Positions 12,414 through 24,168 of a stretch of DNA of 64,000 bases are shown piece after piece. Position 1 is the first letter of the stretch, and every line of letters begins with the position of its first letter. The translations under genes and the position numbers were made by a program. Below the pieces are notes generated by a model. It saw only the letters and a list, made by a program, of their open reading frames with translations. It was not told the origin of the DNA and ran no database searches. The stretch lies in the NCBI GenBank assembly GCA_964035545.1, contig OZ037770.1, forward strand, positions 10,422,973-10,486,972, read 5' to 3'. This DNA comes from Bugula neritina. Its lineage: Eukaryota; Animalia; Bryozoa.

Positions 12414-15400
12414 ATGGCAGAGGCTGCAGTGGAAAAAGTTGAGTGTGGATTCTGTTTACTTGAAGAAGGTTTAGAGAATCCCAAGTGTCTACCATGTGGT
12501 CATGTACACTGTTTACTATGTCTTACTCGTAATGTTGATGTGAATGACATGATCAGGTGTCCCTGGTGTAGGTAAGTTAGTTTTATATAGACAGAGCTAA
12601 GATATACTGTTGGTAAAGAGTTAATGATTTACATCATATTATGTTTTACCTTATAATGATTTATTGCATTTTGTTATATATAGTTTCAATTATTACAAAG
12701 TAATTACGTCTCATGTCACAGGGAAGTGTTTGATGTGAGAGTGGAGAATCTGCCATCTGCTGATGTAGAGGACAACTCCGTATCATGTGACGTCTGCACT
12801 AAGAAAGGGATAGAGAAAGTACCAGCAGTAACCTACTGTACTTTGTGTCGTAAACTATTCTGTAGAAAACATGAGGAGGTAATTCCCTCACATAACTCTT
12901 TTTAAATCAGTTTATGACTGTTTATTTTGGTTGTGATCAGCTTTTAAATGTGATTGTCACAATCAGCCAAAAGCTTTTATGTTTTTTATGGCATTCTCCA
13001 GAATAGGACAATCTTTTAAAAAAAATTCCGCTATTCATAGTTGAATTATATTTATCAGTAAACATATATTCTGTTATAATCAGTCACATGATGAAACCAG
13101 TGATGACCACCAGAAGATGACCATATCTGACTACAGAATACAAGCCAAGAGACTGGAGAAAAGAGTTTGTCCCAAACACACAGCATATACCTACTCACTG
13201 GGATGTAGAGTCTGTGTTCAGCTGTTCTGTGTGCAGTGTGTATCTCAGACTAACTTGTGTGTTGGAGGTAACTCTACTGTTCTCATATCCTTTCATATCA
13301 ATACTTTAGAGCTTTTTACTTGTGTTGTAGTATGTTTGAGTATTTAGTCTTAGTAGGTCACATTGTCTATCAACACTGTCTATTCATTCTTATTTCGGAA
13401 GCTTGAATACTGTTATTGTGTATTCATCACATAAAAGAAGGTAGAAGACAATACAGAAGTGATGCTTCAAACAAGTTGTGGGTTCATTAGTTCTGGTATT
13501 CTGGCTCCAATATTATTGTTACAGTAAAATCAAGAATATCCCATTAAACTCAAGATTTTAGAGTCTTCTTAGCTGAGTCTATTTAATTGCATATGTGTGC
13601 AGTTTTATGATTTGTTTCATTACTCGATATCCTTTCTGGCAAGCCAATCAATGAAGCGTATTGGAAATCTTGTGGCAGCAGTAGCCAATGAAATTTGAGC
13701 CATTCTTATGCGAAGGAATTTATTCACTCCTATAAAATTCAAATTGTGGCAGTGTTAGTTGGAGTTCATAAATCTCAAGAGTTCAAATAGGGTTCAATCA
13801 GGAAAGACTCGGTCTCATTACTCATAATATCTAAGTTAATCCACAACCTAAATACATGTTTAAATAGTGCTGGGTGGCATGGGAGTTTGTTAGTTCATTG
13901 AAGTATATAATGTCAAGGAAAGGCATTTTTATTAAAATATTAATAGTGCTGTTGTGCTCCTGTGCCCTGTTTGAATTAGTCGTTAGCCAGATTTAAGAAA
14001 AAACCTTCTATCAGGGGCTCTCCCACAGAGATGGCGACTATAAACTTTTAATAATGGTGATATTGTCATTGTTATTCAGGCAAATATTAGTATACATATG
14101 ATTGCATCACTGTGATGTAGATTCAGAACACAAGATGGTTAGTCTAGATGAACTTATCACACAGTTGACAAACATAGAAGAACTGATAACTACTGAAGAT
14201 AAGACATATCATCTCTTCAAACAGATATCTAAGGCTATATCTGACTTTGATACTGAGACTGAAGACTTGCTAAGTATTCTTCATACACAGAGAGATGAAC
14301 AGGTGAGATTCTGAAGAACACAGGCTACTCTCATGTGTTTTCATAGTTCTGTAAGATGTTATTGGTTGGTTAATGTCTAAGAAATAGTGATTAGTTTGTT
14401 TTACTGTAATTCTCATAGTATACAGCAAGACAAAGTGAAAGGGCCTAACTGATTGTTGCAAGTCTAGGAAGTGCTAACCAATATTCTAGCTAAATTTATT
14501 TAATTTAATTTAATTTATTTAATTTTATGTCTACTTTCTGATTTCTAACTTGGGTTGGGGATGTTGAATTTGCACCACAACTTTTTTATGGGCTTGTGAC
14601 TGGCATTTTGCTTATTATCTTCTTCACATCAGCCACTGTAATGCTTAAGTTCTCTTGTTTTTCTATATGCTCCAGCTTGCTACTTACTTTATTTAGCCAT
14701 TCTGCATTCGTATTATGCTTCGTTGGCTGGCCCCAGATGTTTTGCCAGAACGCTTTTGACTCTTCCTTGTCAGGTGCCTCTTTAGATGTACATTCAGTTC
14801 CTTGTAATTCTTGATAGAAGCGCTTTTCATTGTTTGTAAAACATCCTGTTCTGGTTATTATTATTATTATTATGAGTTATTTATTAACTTTTTTTTCAGG
14901 TTCAATTTACATTCGCTCAGATAATTTTAATTCTTGTAATAAGTACATGAAATATATCTAACAGACTTGTGTCAAGCCTTTGATTTTTTCAATAATCAAA
15001 TTCTCAAACTGCCTAATTAGTTTTTTGCCTGCGTCTTGATTTGATTTTGCTAGGAATTAACTTGACTTTTCTGGCTTGCAGTGACTTTAACTTTAGGAGG
15101 TTTTACATATAAGTTGTGTTTTAGTTGACTGAAGTGAGACTAATGTATGAGAAACTGGAGAAGGAATTCTTAGCTAGTAGAAAGAAGACTAAAGAGGAAC
15201 TGAACAGATACACGGAGAGAGAAGTTGGAACTGTTTTGTCTCAACTGAGTAACAGTAGAATGAAGATAGAAGCTCAACTTAAGCGAAACAACCAGGCATG
15301 TAGACTTCAGTTACCATAACAATATATAGTGGCTCTTTGAATTAATAACAATAAATACTCGTAGTAATGAAAACTAGAAATTATTGTTGATAATATGTAC

Positions 15401-18400
15401 TTGTAATATATTATATCAGGCACATTTTTTAAAAATTTATTATTTAATTTTATGTTTTTGCCACATCAGTTGGTAGACCACACACGTTGATATAATGCTC
15501 TAGATAATGAATCTGGTATAATGACTTATGTGTAGTTGAAGCACTACTAATTGTATTTTGTTTTTATGATTTGTAGGTGGATCTGGTTGAAGGATTTGCA
15601 GAGATTAAAGACAGAATACAGAGGCTGATATCTGTTGAGATACCTAAACTAGAGCTGTGTGATGTCATGTCTCTAAAGGTCAAAGGTTAGTATACTAAAC
15701 TAGAACTGTGTGATGTCATGTCTCTAAAGGTCAAAGGTTGGTATACTAAACTAGAGCTGTGTGATGTCATGTCTCTAAAGGTCAAAGGTTAGTAGACTAA
15801 ACTAGAACTGTGTGATGTCATGTCTCTAAAGGTCAAAGGTTAGTATACTAAACTAGAGCTGTGTGATGTCATGTCTCTAAAGGTCAAAGGTTAGTATACT
15901 AAACTAGAACTGTGTGATGTCATGTCTCTAAAGGTCAAAGGTTAGTATACTAAACTAGAGCTGTGTGATGTCATGTCTCTAAAGGTCAAAGGTTAGTATA
16001 CTAGACTAGAGCTGTATCACCGGCTTTCCATGTACCGATCTCAGATCGATCTTAGCGAGATCGATCCATGGAAAGACGTCAAAGATCGATCTCAGTCGTT
16101 CTGAGCTGGTCGGTCTGTAGAGCTCGAACTCAGATCGATCTCAAAGCAATAAGACCATGGAAAGACGAAAGATCGATCTGAGAAGTGGAAAAATGACTGC
16201 TCGCTACAATGTTGTCTGCTAATAAAAATGATAACTTATTGATAATTACTAAGCAAAGTATTAAATAATTATGATAGCCACCTTTTCAGATGCCAAAACT
16301 TTGACTTTCAGTACAACGATTAAGAAAACTCAATTATATGCAGTAGAAGGTAAAAAAATGGGAGAATTTAAATTGAGTTTAAATGACTATTAAAACTTAG
16401 TTTCATTAGCTATTTTCTTTGTAATTTTAAGCCTAACAGTCCTGTAAGTTTATTAATAATCTGCAAAACAGCCATTAATTTTATATAAGCTGTCAAGCTA
16501 AAAAATTAAAATTAATTATTTTAAATTGGCCAAATTACCAAACACTGAAAGCTTTGCTGCGTATAGTTTATAGCTGGGATTAAATTTTAGACTACGGCCA
16601 TCTTATTTTCAACAGTAGTAGCTTTAATCACTCAAATAGGTGAACAAATTATACTTTTAAAGTATCCTTCACTTGAGAGGAGACAACTTCGCGAGATCGA
16701 TCTGACACTCTCATGGAAAAACGATCGATCTGAGCACATTTCTCAGATCGATCTAGCTGAGATCGATCTGAGATCGGTACATGGAAAGCCCGTGTATGAT
16801 GTCATGTCTCTAAAGGTCAAAGGTTATACAACCAAGCAAGTCAAGTTTCTTTGATAAGCTGTACTTTTTGACAAGATTTTAATTCCTAATCTGTTGTATT
16901 GGTATTTCAATGCAGGTATAAGATAAATACAAGCCTCATATACATAGACCAGAATATAGTCACATTCACGGGCTTTCCATGTACCGATCTCAGATCGATC
17001 TCGCTGAGATCGACCTGAGAAATGTGCTCAGATCGATCGTTTTTCCATGAGAGTGTCAGATCGATCTCGCGAAGTTGCCTCCTCTTAAGTGAAGGATACT
17101 TTAAAAGTATAATTTGTTCACCTATTTGAGTGATTAAAACTACTACTGTTGAAAACAAAATGGTCGTAGTCTAAAATTTAATTCCAGCTATAAACTTTAC
17201 GCAGCAAAGCTTTCAGTGTATGGTAATTTGGCCAATTTGAAATAAATAATTTTAATTTTTTTGCTTGACAGCTTATATAAAATTAATGGCTGTCTTGCAG
17301 ATTATTAATAAACTTACAGGACTGTTAGGCTTAAAATTATAAAGAAAATAGCTAATAAAACTAAGTTTTAATAGTCATTTAAATTCAATTCAACTTCTCC
17401 CATTTTTTTACCTTCTACTGCATATAATTGAGTTTTCTTAATCATTGTACTGAAAGTCAAAGTTTTGGCATCTGAAAAAGTGGCTATCATAATTATTTAA
17501 TACTTTGCTTAGTAATTATCAATAAGTTATCATTTTTATTAGCAGACAACATTGTAGCGCGCAGTCTTTTTCTACTTCTCAGATCGATCTGGCGTCTTTC
17601 CATGGTCTTATTGACATGAGATCGATCTGAGTTCGAGCTCCACAGACCGACCAGCTCAGATCGACGGAGATCGATCTTTGGCGTCTTTCCATGGATCGAT
17701 CTCGCTGAGATCGATCTGAGATCGGTACATGGAAAGCCGGTGCTTAACTATTATAGTAAATTATGGAAATAGCTAGGAGGAAGTATTACATTAAATATGT
17801 ATATAATGATAAGAATAGTTCCTACAGTCTCCCTTACTAACTTTCACTCAACTTGTACTTTGTAGAGGAGAGGAGAGAAATAGAGGCAGAACTGGTTCCT
17901 GCAGCAGACATGATTATTAGTTTAGATCAAGGAGTGACAACTCCTACTCTCCCTAAATCTCTCAAACTCTTGCAGTCTGTTGATGTTTCTGATTACTGTT
18001 ATTCTGTCTGTAAATATGAAGGTAACACTTATGTAGGGCTGAGTAGTGGAGGGATAGACAGAATAGATGAGAGTTTCAGTGTTTCCAAGTCTTTTATTTC
18101 TCTTACCAACCGGGTAACTGGAATCACAGTCCATAGGAATAAGCTGTATGCTCTAGAGCTTATCAGCAGCACTAATTGGGTGGTGAATGTGTATGATCTT
18201 ACTGGGAAACAGGTGACCAGCTGGTCTCACCATGATAATAGTGGTGGTGTAAACAAACTTGCTAGTGTTGATGAGCAGGTTGTAATTCCTGATAGACACA
18301 GTAAAAGACTTACAATCTACTCTCTTACCGGGGAGGTAATTAAACATGTCCCCTGCCCTCTACTCAGTAATGGTGATATAGCAATATGTGCAGCAGACAG

Positions 18401-19160
18401 ACATTGTGTAGTAGTTTCTGACTATGGTTCTTCTCAAGTATTTAAATTAGACTTGACAACAGAGAAAGTCATCTGGACATGCAAGGATGTATCTCAACCA
18501 CAAGGTGTGACCTGCTATAGAAGTAAATATATTCTTGTGACTAACTACAGCAGTAAAACTACCATCTGGATACTGGATGTGGAGACAGGTTAGTGATTCT
18601 AGCATTATAATCTCTGCTGCAAAATATAATATAACATGTCAACTTTGTTCTGTACATACACTACATATTACTATATTATGATTATACTGTATATTGTATA
18701 CACAAACCACAATCAGTGGGTGTGTTAGCAAGCCATTTGTAATCACAGTAATCACAGCTCTACTGTATATAATGATGTTGAATATTATAAGGATTTCTCA
18801 TAGTTACATGTACCTTCTAGTATATTGTGTATTATTTACACTTGTGTAAAGTAAAGTATGTATTATTGTGTAATAGTTGTCTAAGTGGTTACTCAATGAT
18901 GCAGTTCAAAAATTCATTCCCTAGTGCCATGGTAATAATTTCTCAGTATCATAGTATATTGAATATATAATTTTGTTAGCACATGACTAAAATATATTGA
19001 AACAGTGAACTTGGTATATACTGTAGGTAGACAGTTATCTAAGCTAGAAGATACAACTGTTAGGAGTGAGAGTCATGTACTTGATCTCCATGTGTGTAAA
19101 GACATGCTGATTGTACCCAGATACAGTGAGAAGAAAGTTCTATTCCACCAACTCACCTGA
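12414..19160 (+). CDS. TRIM-family E3 ligase-like gene copy 2 (type B): RING, B-box x2, coiled coil, NHL-like beta-propeller, about 605 aa
   Basis: Exons 12414-12571, 12722-12878, 13084-13267, 14121-14302, 15125-15295 (GC donor), 15577-15685, 17866-18588, 19027-19160. Joined length 1818 nt, open frame ending QLT-stop. Exons 7-8 show blade-like repeats (e.g. VVVSDYGSSQVFKLD, PQGVT). Confidence 0.88.
14602..14856 (-). mobile_element. Fragment of an R4/Dong-like non-LTR retrotransposon (region N-terminal to RT) next to a (TAA)n tract
   Basis: Minus strand reads QNRMF, a frameshift, then TNNEKRFYQEL...PDKEESKAFWQNIWGQPTKHNTNAEWL...ITVADVKKIISKMP. It is absent from the equivalent intron of copy 4; (TTA)n lies at 14855-14872. 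Confidence 0.65.
15645..16017 (+). repeat. 51-bp tandem repeat of the exon-6 3' end plus its splice donor (7 full units, an 8th split by a MITE)
   Basis: Unit TAAACTAGAGCTGTGTGATGTCATGTCTCTAAAGGTCAAAG|GTTAGTATAC, donors after 15685, 15736, 15787, 15838, 15889, 15940, 15991. There are 2 units in copy 3, 3 in copy 4 and 3 in copy 5. Confidence 0.95.
16018..16794 (+). mobile_element. Non-autonomous DNA transposon (MITE), CAC...GTG termini, 3-bp TSD (CMC/CACTA-Chapaev-like)
   Basis: TIR CAC(C/G)GGCTTTCCATGTACCGATCTCAGATCGATCT; TSD TAT at 16015-16017 and 16795-16797; GATCGATCT-rich subterminal repeats. Confidence 0.9.
16967..17742 (-). mobile_element. Second copy of the same MITE, opposite orientation
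   Basis: Same TIRs, internal sequence reverse-complemented; TSD ATT/CTT; empty site GTCACCTTAGCT in copy 3. Confidence 0.9.
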
Positions 19161-19816
19161 ACAGGTATTATGTATATAGTAGGAGTTATGTCCCTCCTAT
19201 GACCATTTTGTAAGCAAATGTAGGTTCCTCTTCGGACTCCTTCATTAAGATATGTCAGGAAGGGACAACTTTAGCAAGGCTATGCGCAATTGTTGGAAAA
19301 ACTAGTAAAATGATAACGTTGGCTAAAACTACTTCCAATCAATGGAATCTCTTTATTCATATACTGTGACATCACACAGCAAAAAGAGTTCCAGCTTGTA
19401 TTTCTGTCCAATTCAACTTACTGTTTGTTGGGGAAGCTTATCCTGACAAACTAACAAAAGTTTTTCTGCTCAAAAGGAATTCTACCTTTCTAGCATCATT
19501 TTGTTATTTGCCTTTTGCAGCTCTATATAAGTAAAGTTAATTTTTTGCAGTAGCCAAGTCATTTTGTTCAATTTTTAAGCTAATTTTGTTTCCTTACATT
19601 CCTGTTGATATTATGTTGTTAGTAATACAATTACATGAGTCATTTACATAGTGCCGACTAACATACTAGATGTATAAAATAAGGGTCTTCTATTTCAGTA
19701 TATTCCAGTATCTTTGTCTCTTCTATAATTATTTGCAATATTTCACAGCCCACATGTGACGAATAGTCAAAATACTATAATTGTTATTCATCTAAAATTG
19801 TTTTAATTTTTTACAG

Positions 19817-20070
19817 AAAATAGACTGATGTGGAACAGGAAGTAGTTTTTACAGCAGACACATCTAGTTATTTGGTTTAGAAAGTGACAAGTGAAAAGGC
19901 AGCTGATTGGTCTATTCATCTGACCTAGTAACACTCTATGGTTACATTACCATGTCATTCATATGATACTTATTGTAACATCATTCTATATTATCTATCA
20001 TACAGGACTGAGAACTAAGTAGTAGCAGTTATTGTATATTATCTTTCTTATAGGAGTGAAAACTCTGTAG
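19817..20070 (+). other. Conserved putative 3' non-coding exon block of the TRIM genes
   Basis: Donor ACAG|GTATTA 4 nt after the stop and acceptor ttttacag| at 19816; block nearly identical at 6808, 30589 and 47341. Confidence 0.5.
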
Positions 20071-21510
20071 CATATGTTTTCTATTACTATTATCATGAGT
20101 CATATTGTATTAATATTAACCACATACTAGTTACATTACATAATTTATGCTCTTCAAAACATATTTGGCTTAGAGCTTCTGTACTTATGAAATATTTTTT
20201 TGTAAAAGATGTGCTGAAGTGAAGGCTTATTCATACTGCAAACTAAAGTGGAAGCTTTCACAGTGTAGAGTATTAGAGATGTTATATTCTTAGTTCTGAC
20301 TTGATAGAAGTCAGTCTCTGTATCACCTTACTGCACTGTCTTTATTTTACTCATTGGTGCACCTTGCATATGTCAACTGAGTATTAAATATATTCAACAG
20401 TTCAACAGAGCTAATAGACCAAATAAATCCTTTACACTGTATCACAGTTATGATGTAGTATTTTATATCTACAGAGCAACAAGGCGTATATTAATGGTAG
20501 TGTTTATTAATTACTCTCTAAGTTGTAACCACAAAAATGTAAATTCTAAATCTCACTGATGCCACACTCTATCATTTAACCAGCATATTATAATTATTGG
20601 AGACTTACAATGTAATATTGTCTTAGTAATAGTATGCACATCAAAGTGTGGTACACTGGCTTATATACATTCAAGGGGCATGTTATATTCCCTAGCATGT
20701 TATCAGTAAACAAAATATTATAAATGTTATTAAGGCTTACTGCTGAGACTATCAATAGGCATATAATAAATAAATTTGCTGCCTCTAACATGCACTCAGT
20801 TTATCATAATGGAAGGACAACTCTAATATGGCAGAAAATGCCTGTTTGAGTTTCTTGAAAAACAGCCTTGGTAAACTTGCGTAAGTATTGCTCAGCTATT
20901 CAAAGACTAGTATTTGGCAATGCACTGTTGCTTTTCATACGATAGAGGAAGCATTAGCCAATTGAAATCAACACCTCATTCCTACTGAGGAGGGGCGTGA
21001 CTACAATAACCAATTACAGTTTGCATTCTAGTAGTAGATAATGCACTGTCGCTTGACAATCATATATAGAAAGCATTAGCCAATAGGGATCATCGCATTC
21101 TGACTGACAAGGGCGTGGTTACAAAAAACAATAATTCAAGTTGGCATAAATTATTCAAGATTTATTTACAGGCTACAGGTAAAATATTACTATTTCACAA
21201 TGAATAGATACACTATGAAGTAGAACCTAAAGTACAGAATTATACAGAATCATTAAAACATGATGAGTAGAATTATAACTTACTGACCTTACTGGAAAAT
21301 ATACACAATAGTTGAGTATGTGAATTACTGGTTATAAAACAGTGAAGCAGATATACATTATAAGAAATTATAAAATATTTACTGTATAAATATAATGTCA
21401 CATGTATTCATTATGTAACATATGTATCTAATGTATAATAAATACATAAATTAGAGCAGCAGAAAAATATAAAACAGTATGAAATACAGTTTAGAAGTCA
21501 GTGGACAGTG

Positions 21511-22442
21511 CTATGTAACACAGAGTAGACCTTTGAGCTCTAGAAGAACAGGGTGAACAGATTCAGTGAACTTTGACATCTCTGTTCTGTGGTGATTTGT
21601 AGGCTGAGTGACGGAAGCTATGCTGGAAAATTCAGACAAGTAATGATGAAGAATGTCAAAGTGTGATTCAGTCTTATGTTTCTCCAGAATGTAACTCTGC
21701 ATCTCATTGTACTTAGTCTGTGATACAACATTATAACTCAGTGTAAATGTGTGGAGCATAGTCTATTTATTAATACAAGATGGTATAGAAAGTATCTCTA
21801 TGAGCATCTCTGAGTTTGAGGTGACTGAGTGCAGTAGTTTGGGGTTTTCGAGTTTGAAGTTCAAGTTGGAACTGTAAAGCCTCTCCCCCTGACCTCAAAC
21901 TCGAGACCCTCAAACTGCTGCACTCAGTCACCCCTAACTCAGAGCTGCTTATAGATAATATTGTAAAAAGTATTGTACTGCAGTCAACAGAAATCTGTGA
22001 AAAGTAATTGAAGCTATGCACTGTATAAAAACCTTGTATGTACATGAAAAGTGTGTAGGAAAACATACTTACTGGATATAGAACAATGAGGTAGTAGAGA
22101 GTGTGAGATATTATTGTTATGAGGTCAAGGTGAAATGACTCAAACAGTATTGCGTTGAAAATAGGCTGTAAACAAACAAAACTACCTGACAATATTAGAT
22201 TAGACAGAGAAGGGGATGGTTGATGTATAGATGTGTGTGAATTGTACTTTTCAAATTGGCTGCTACCAACATGTTGGAGTGTAGTGTGTTGGTTGAAGTA
22301 GAAACTCACAGCAAGTGTGAAAAAACAGAAAGACAATTAAAAGATAGAAGAGAGTTTTTGCATAAAACACACCCAGATGTAGGAAAATATGATAGCCTCA
22401 GTACCAGTACAATCACTTGTCAAGGAGAGGGCGACTCTTACC
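21511..22442 (-). pseudogene. XPO4: Exportin-4-like 3' gene fragment, between copies 2 and 3
   Basis: Exons 22165-22073 and 21717-21511 are open with splice sites intact; upstream segment about 22442-22310 has a stop. Confidence 0.7.
21798..21954. repeat. Inverted repeat (hairpin, probable old MITE) in the last XPO4-like intron
   Basis: CTCTGAG...GGTGACTGAGTGCAGTAGTTTG pairs with CAAACTGCTGCACTCAGTCACC...CTCAGAG. Also 49086-49213; partly deleted at 8524-8644. Confidence 0.7.
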
Positions 22443-23377
22443 CTGATGTATATTATGTGGCTATTTTGTTGAGGAACTCAACTCTATCTTTATCATCTCA
22501 GCACTTACAATGTCATTAAGATTTACAGTAAAGTGTTTTTCATAATATTGCTATGTATCTGTTGATGAATCTTTCACCAGCTAGGTCCTTTATGTTCTAG
22601 TACAATGTTTCTCTATAATATGTCACTTTATATTACTCATTGTAATTCATATGCTAATGAAGTGAATATAAATAAAGTATAATTAATAAACTCTTACAAT
22701 TCAGAGCATGTATATCAAATGACAATAGATCTTCTGTATGGCCTGGGAAAAAAGATTGTTGCACCAGGACTGAACAATTAGATATATAATATAATTATTT
22801 TCTCATCATGTTGCAGTATAGACATTATTCAGCTCTGGTATTTCCTAAATATAGAGTTATATTTTATAGTTGATAGTCAACTGCACATATTTTTAAATCA
22901 ACACCCCAGATTGTGTACTAGTATATGATCTTAATGCTATAATCATAACAGCATATGGTTTCAAACTCTTTAATGTGGTGGGGAAATATAAAATATAATG
23001 TGATAATCTTTCATGTCATGGTGAGGTATATAACATGTGATGAGACAACCCTGCTTTAAAACTATTTCACATTTGTTGTTCTGTCATGTATTATAATACA
23101 GTAGAATTGTACAGAGATTGTTTGCTTTTTGGTAGTTGTAGTTAAATCAATTTTATTGCCAGGTTAATGATTATTGCAAGCCAGTCATTTAATGTTCCTA
23201 TCAATTATTTCAGTTTTAGTAATAATTACAGTTGCTAGAATTTTATAAGCATATTTAGAAAAGTGCAATATTTATTTTATTTTGAAATAGGGTAATATAA
23301 TAATCTATTATAATAATTGTCTAATGAGGTGTCAAAACCCTATATAGGCTTACAAGCTACAGCCTTTCGCATAATAT

Positions 23378-24003
23378 TGTAGTGAATTTTGCCAGTTCAC
23401 TATTATTATGTGTGGGTCGACTTAATCAAAGCCACTGCACCAGGTTGTTTACGATAAGATACTTTATTATTTACACAAATACAAGAAGGTTATTTACTGC
23501 TAGCATGAATAGAAAACGATTACATAATTAGTGAGCTTTAATACACAACTACTCTAAATGAAGTCCCAAGCTGCTCTGCCGGCTAGCTACTCAGCGCACT
23601 GCAACTACGAGTAGCTAGCTCCACCTGCTATCAATTAGTGTGCCTGTCCTGATTGGCTAGCGTTAGTGGTGCCACTGTCGACTGTAAGACGCCGAGTCGT
23701 CTCTGTCGATACTAATTAACTCCATCACCATAAGCATAACACTAGCATCTGCTACTAAGCAGCTAACTGCCAGTGCAAACCATCTACGCCTCCTACAGTT
23801 GTTGATTCCATTTAACTAGTCTTGCCTTGTTTAACTGCGTGCATTAGTAGCTAGCAATAATTGTCCAGCAGATTGTACGCATTCCAATTGTCAGCTATTA
23901 TGATAATTGATCTTCAGTACTTATAGCCATTGTGCCAAGCGTATAGAGAGTAGGCCACGGAGAGTTATCCTTTCGATAATAACATAATCTAAAATCCATT
24001 ACA
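23378..24003 (-). mobile_element. Probable solo LTR (626 bp)
   Basis: TGTAGTG...CATTACA termini, 4-bp ATAT duplication, absent from the other four promoters. Orientation is inferred only from a minus-strand AATAAA near 23463. Confidence 0.75.
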
Positions 24004-24157
24004 ATATATTAATATTATGGTAAGGAACAAGCATGCCCATAAGCGCAAGATGTAGAAGTAAGACAACCCCGTGATTTCGTCGGTGAACTAAAAAAAGGTT
24101 AAAATGGGAGTCGCATGCTTTCAATCAAACAATAATATCCGGTTGTTAGTTTCCGTT

Positions 24158-24168
24158 GGGGATTTCCC
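24158..24168 (+). promoter_or_regulatory. NF-kB/Rel-type site, copy 3
   Basis: GGGGATTTCCC in the homologous block. Confidence 0.6.

Noticed and set aside
15645-16017. CRISPR-like array
   Set aside because: Head-to-tail 51-bp repeats with no unique spacers, in eukaryotic DNA, derived from an exon end.
12414-19160. Assigning a specific symbol such as TRIM2, TRIM3, TRIM71 or brat
   Set aside because: No filamin domain is visible and the propeller is divergent; orthology cannot be supported, and a lineage-specific expansion is more likely.
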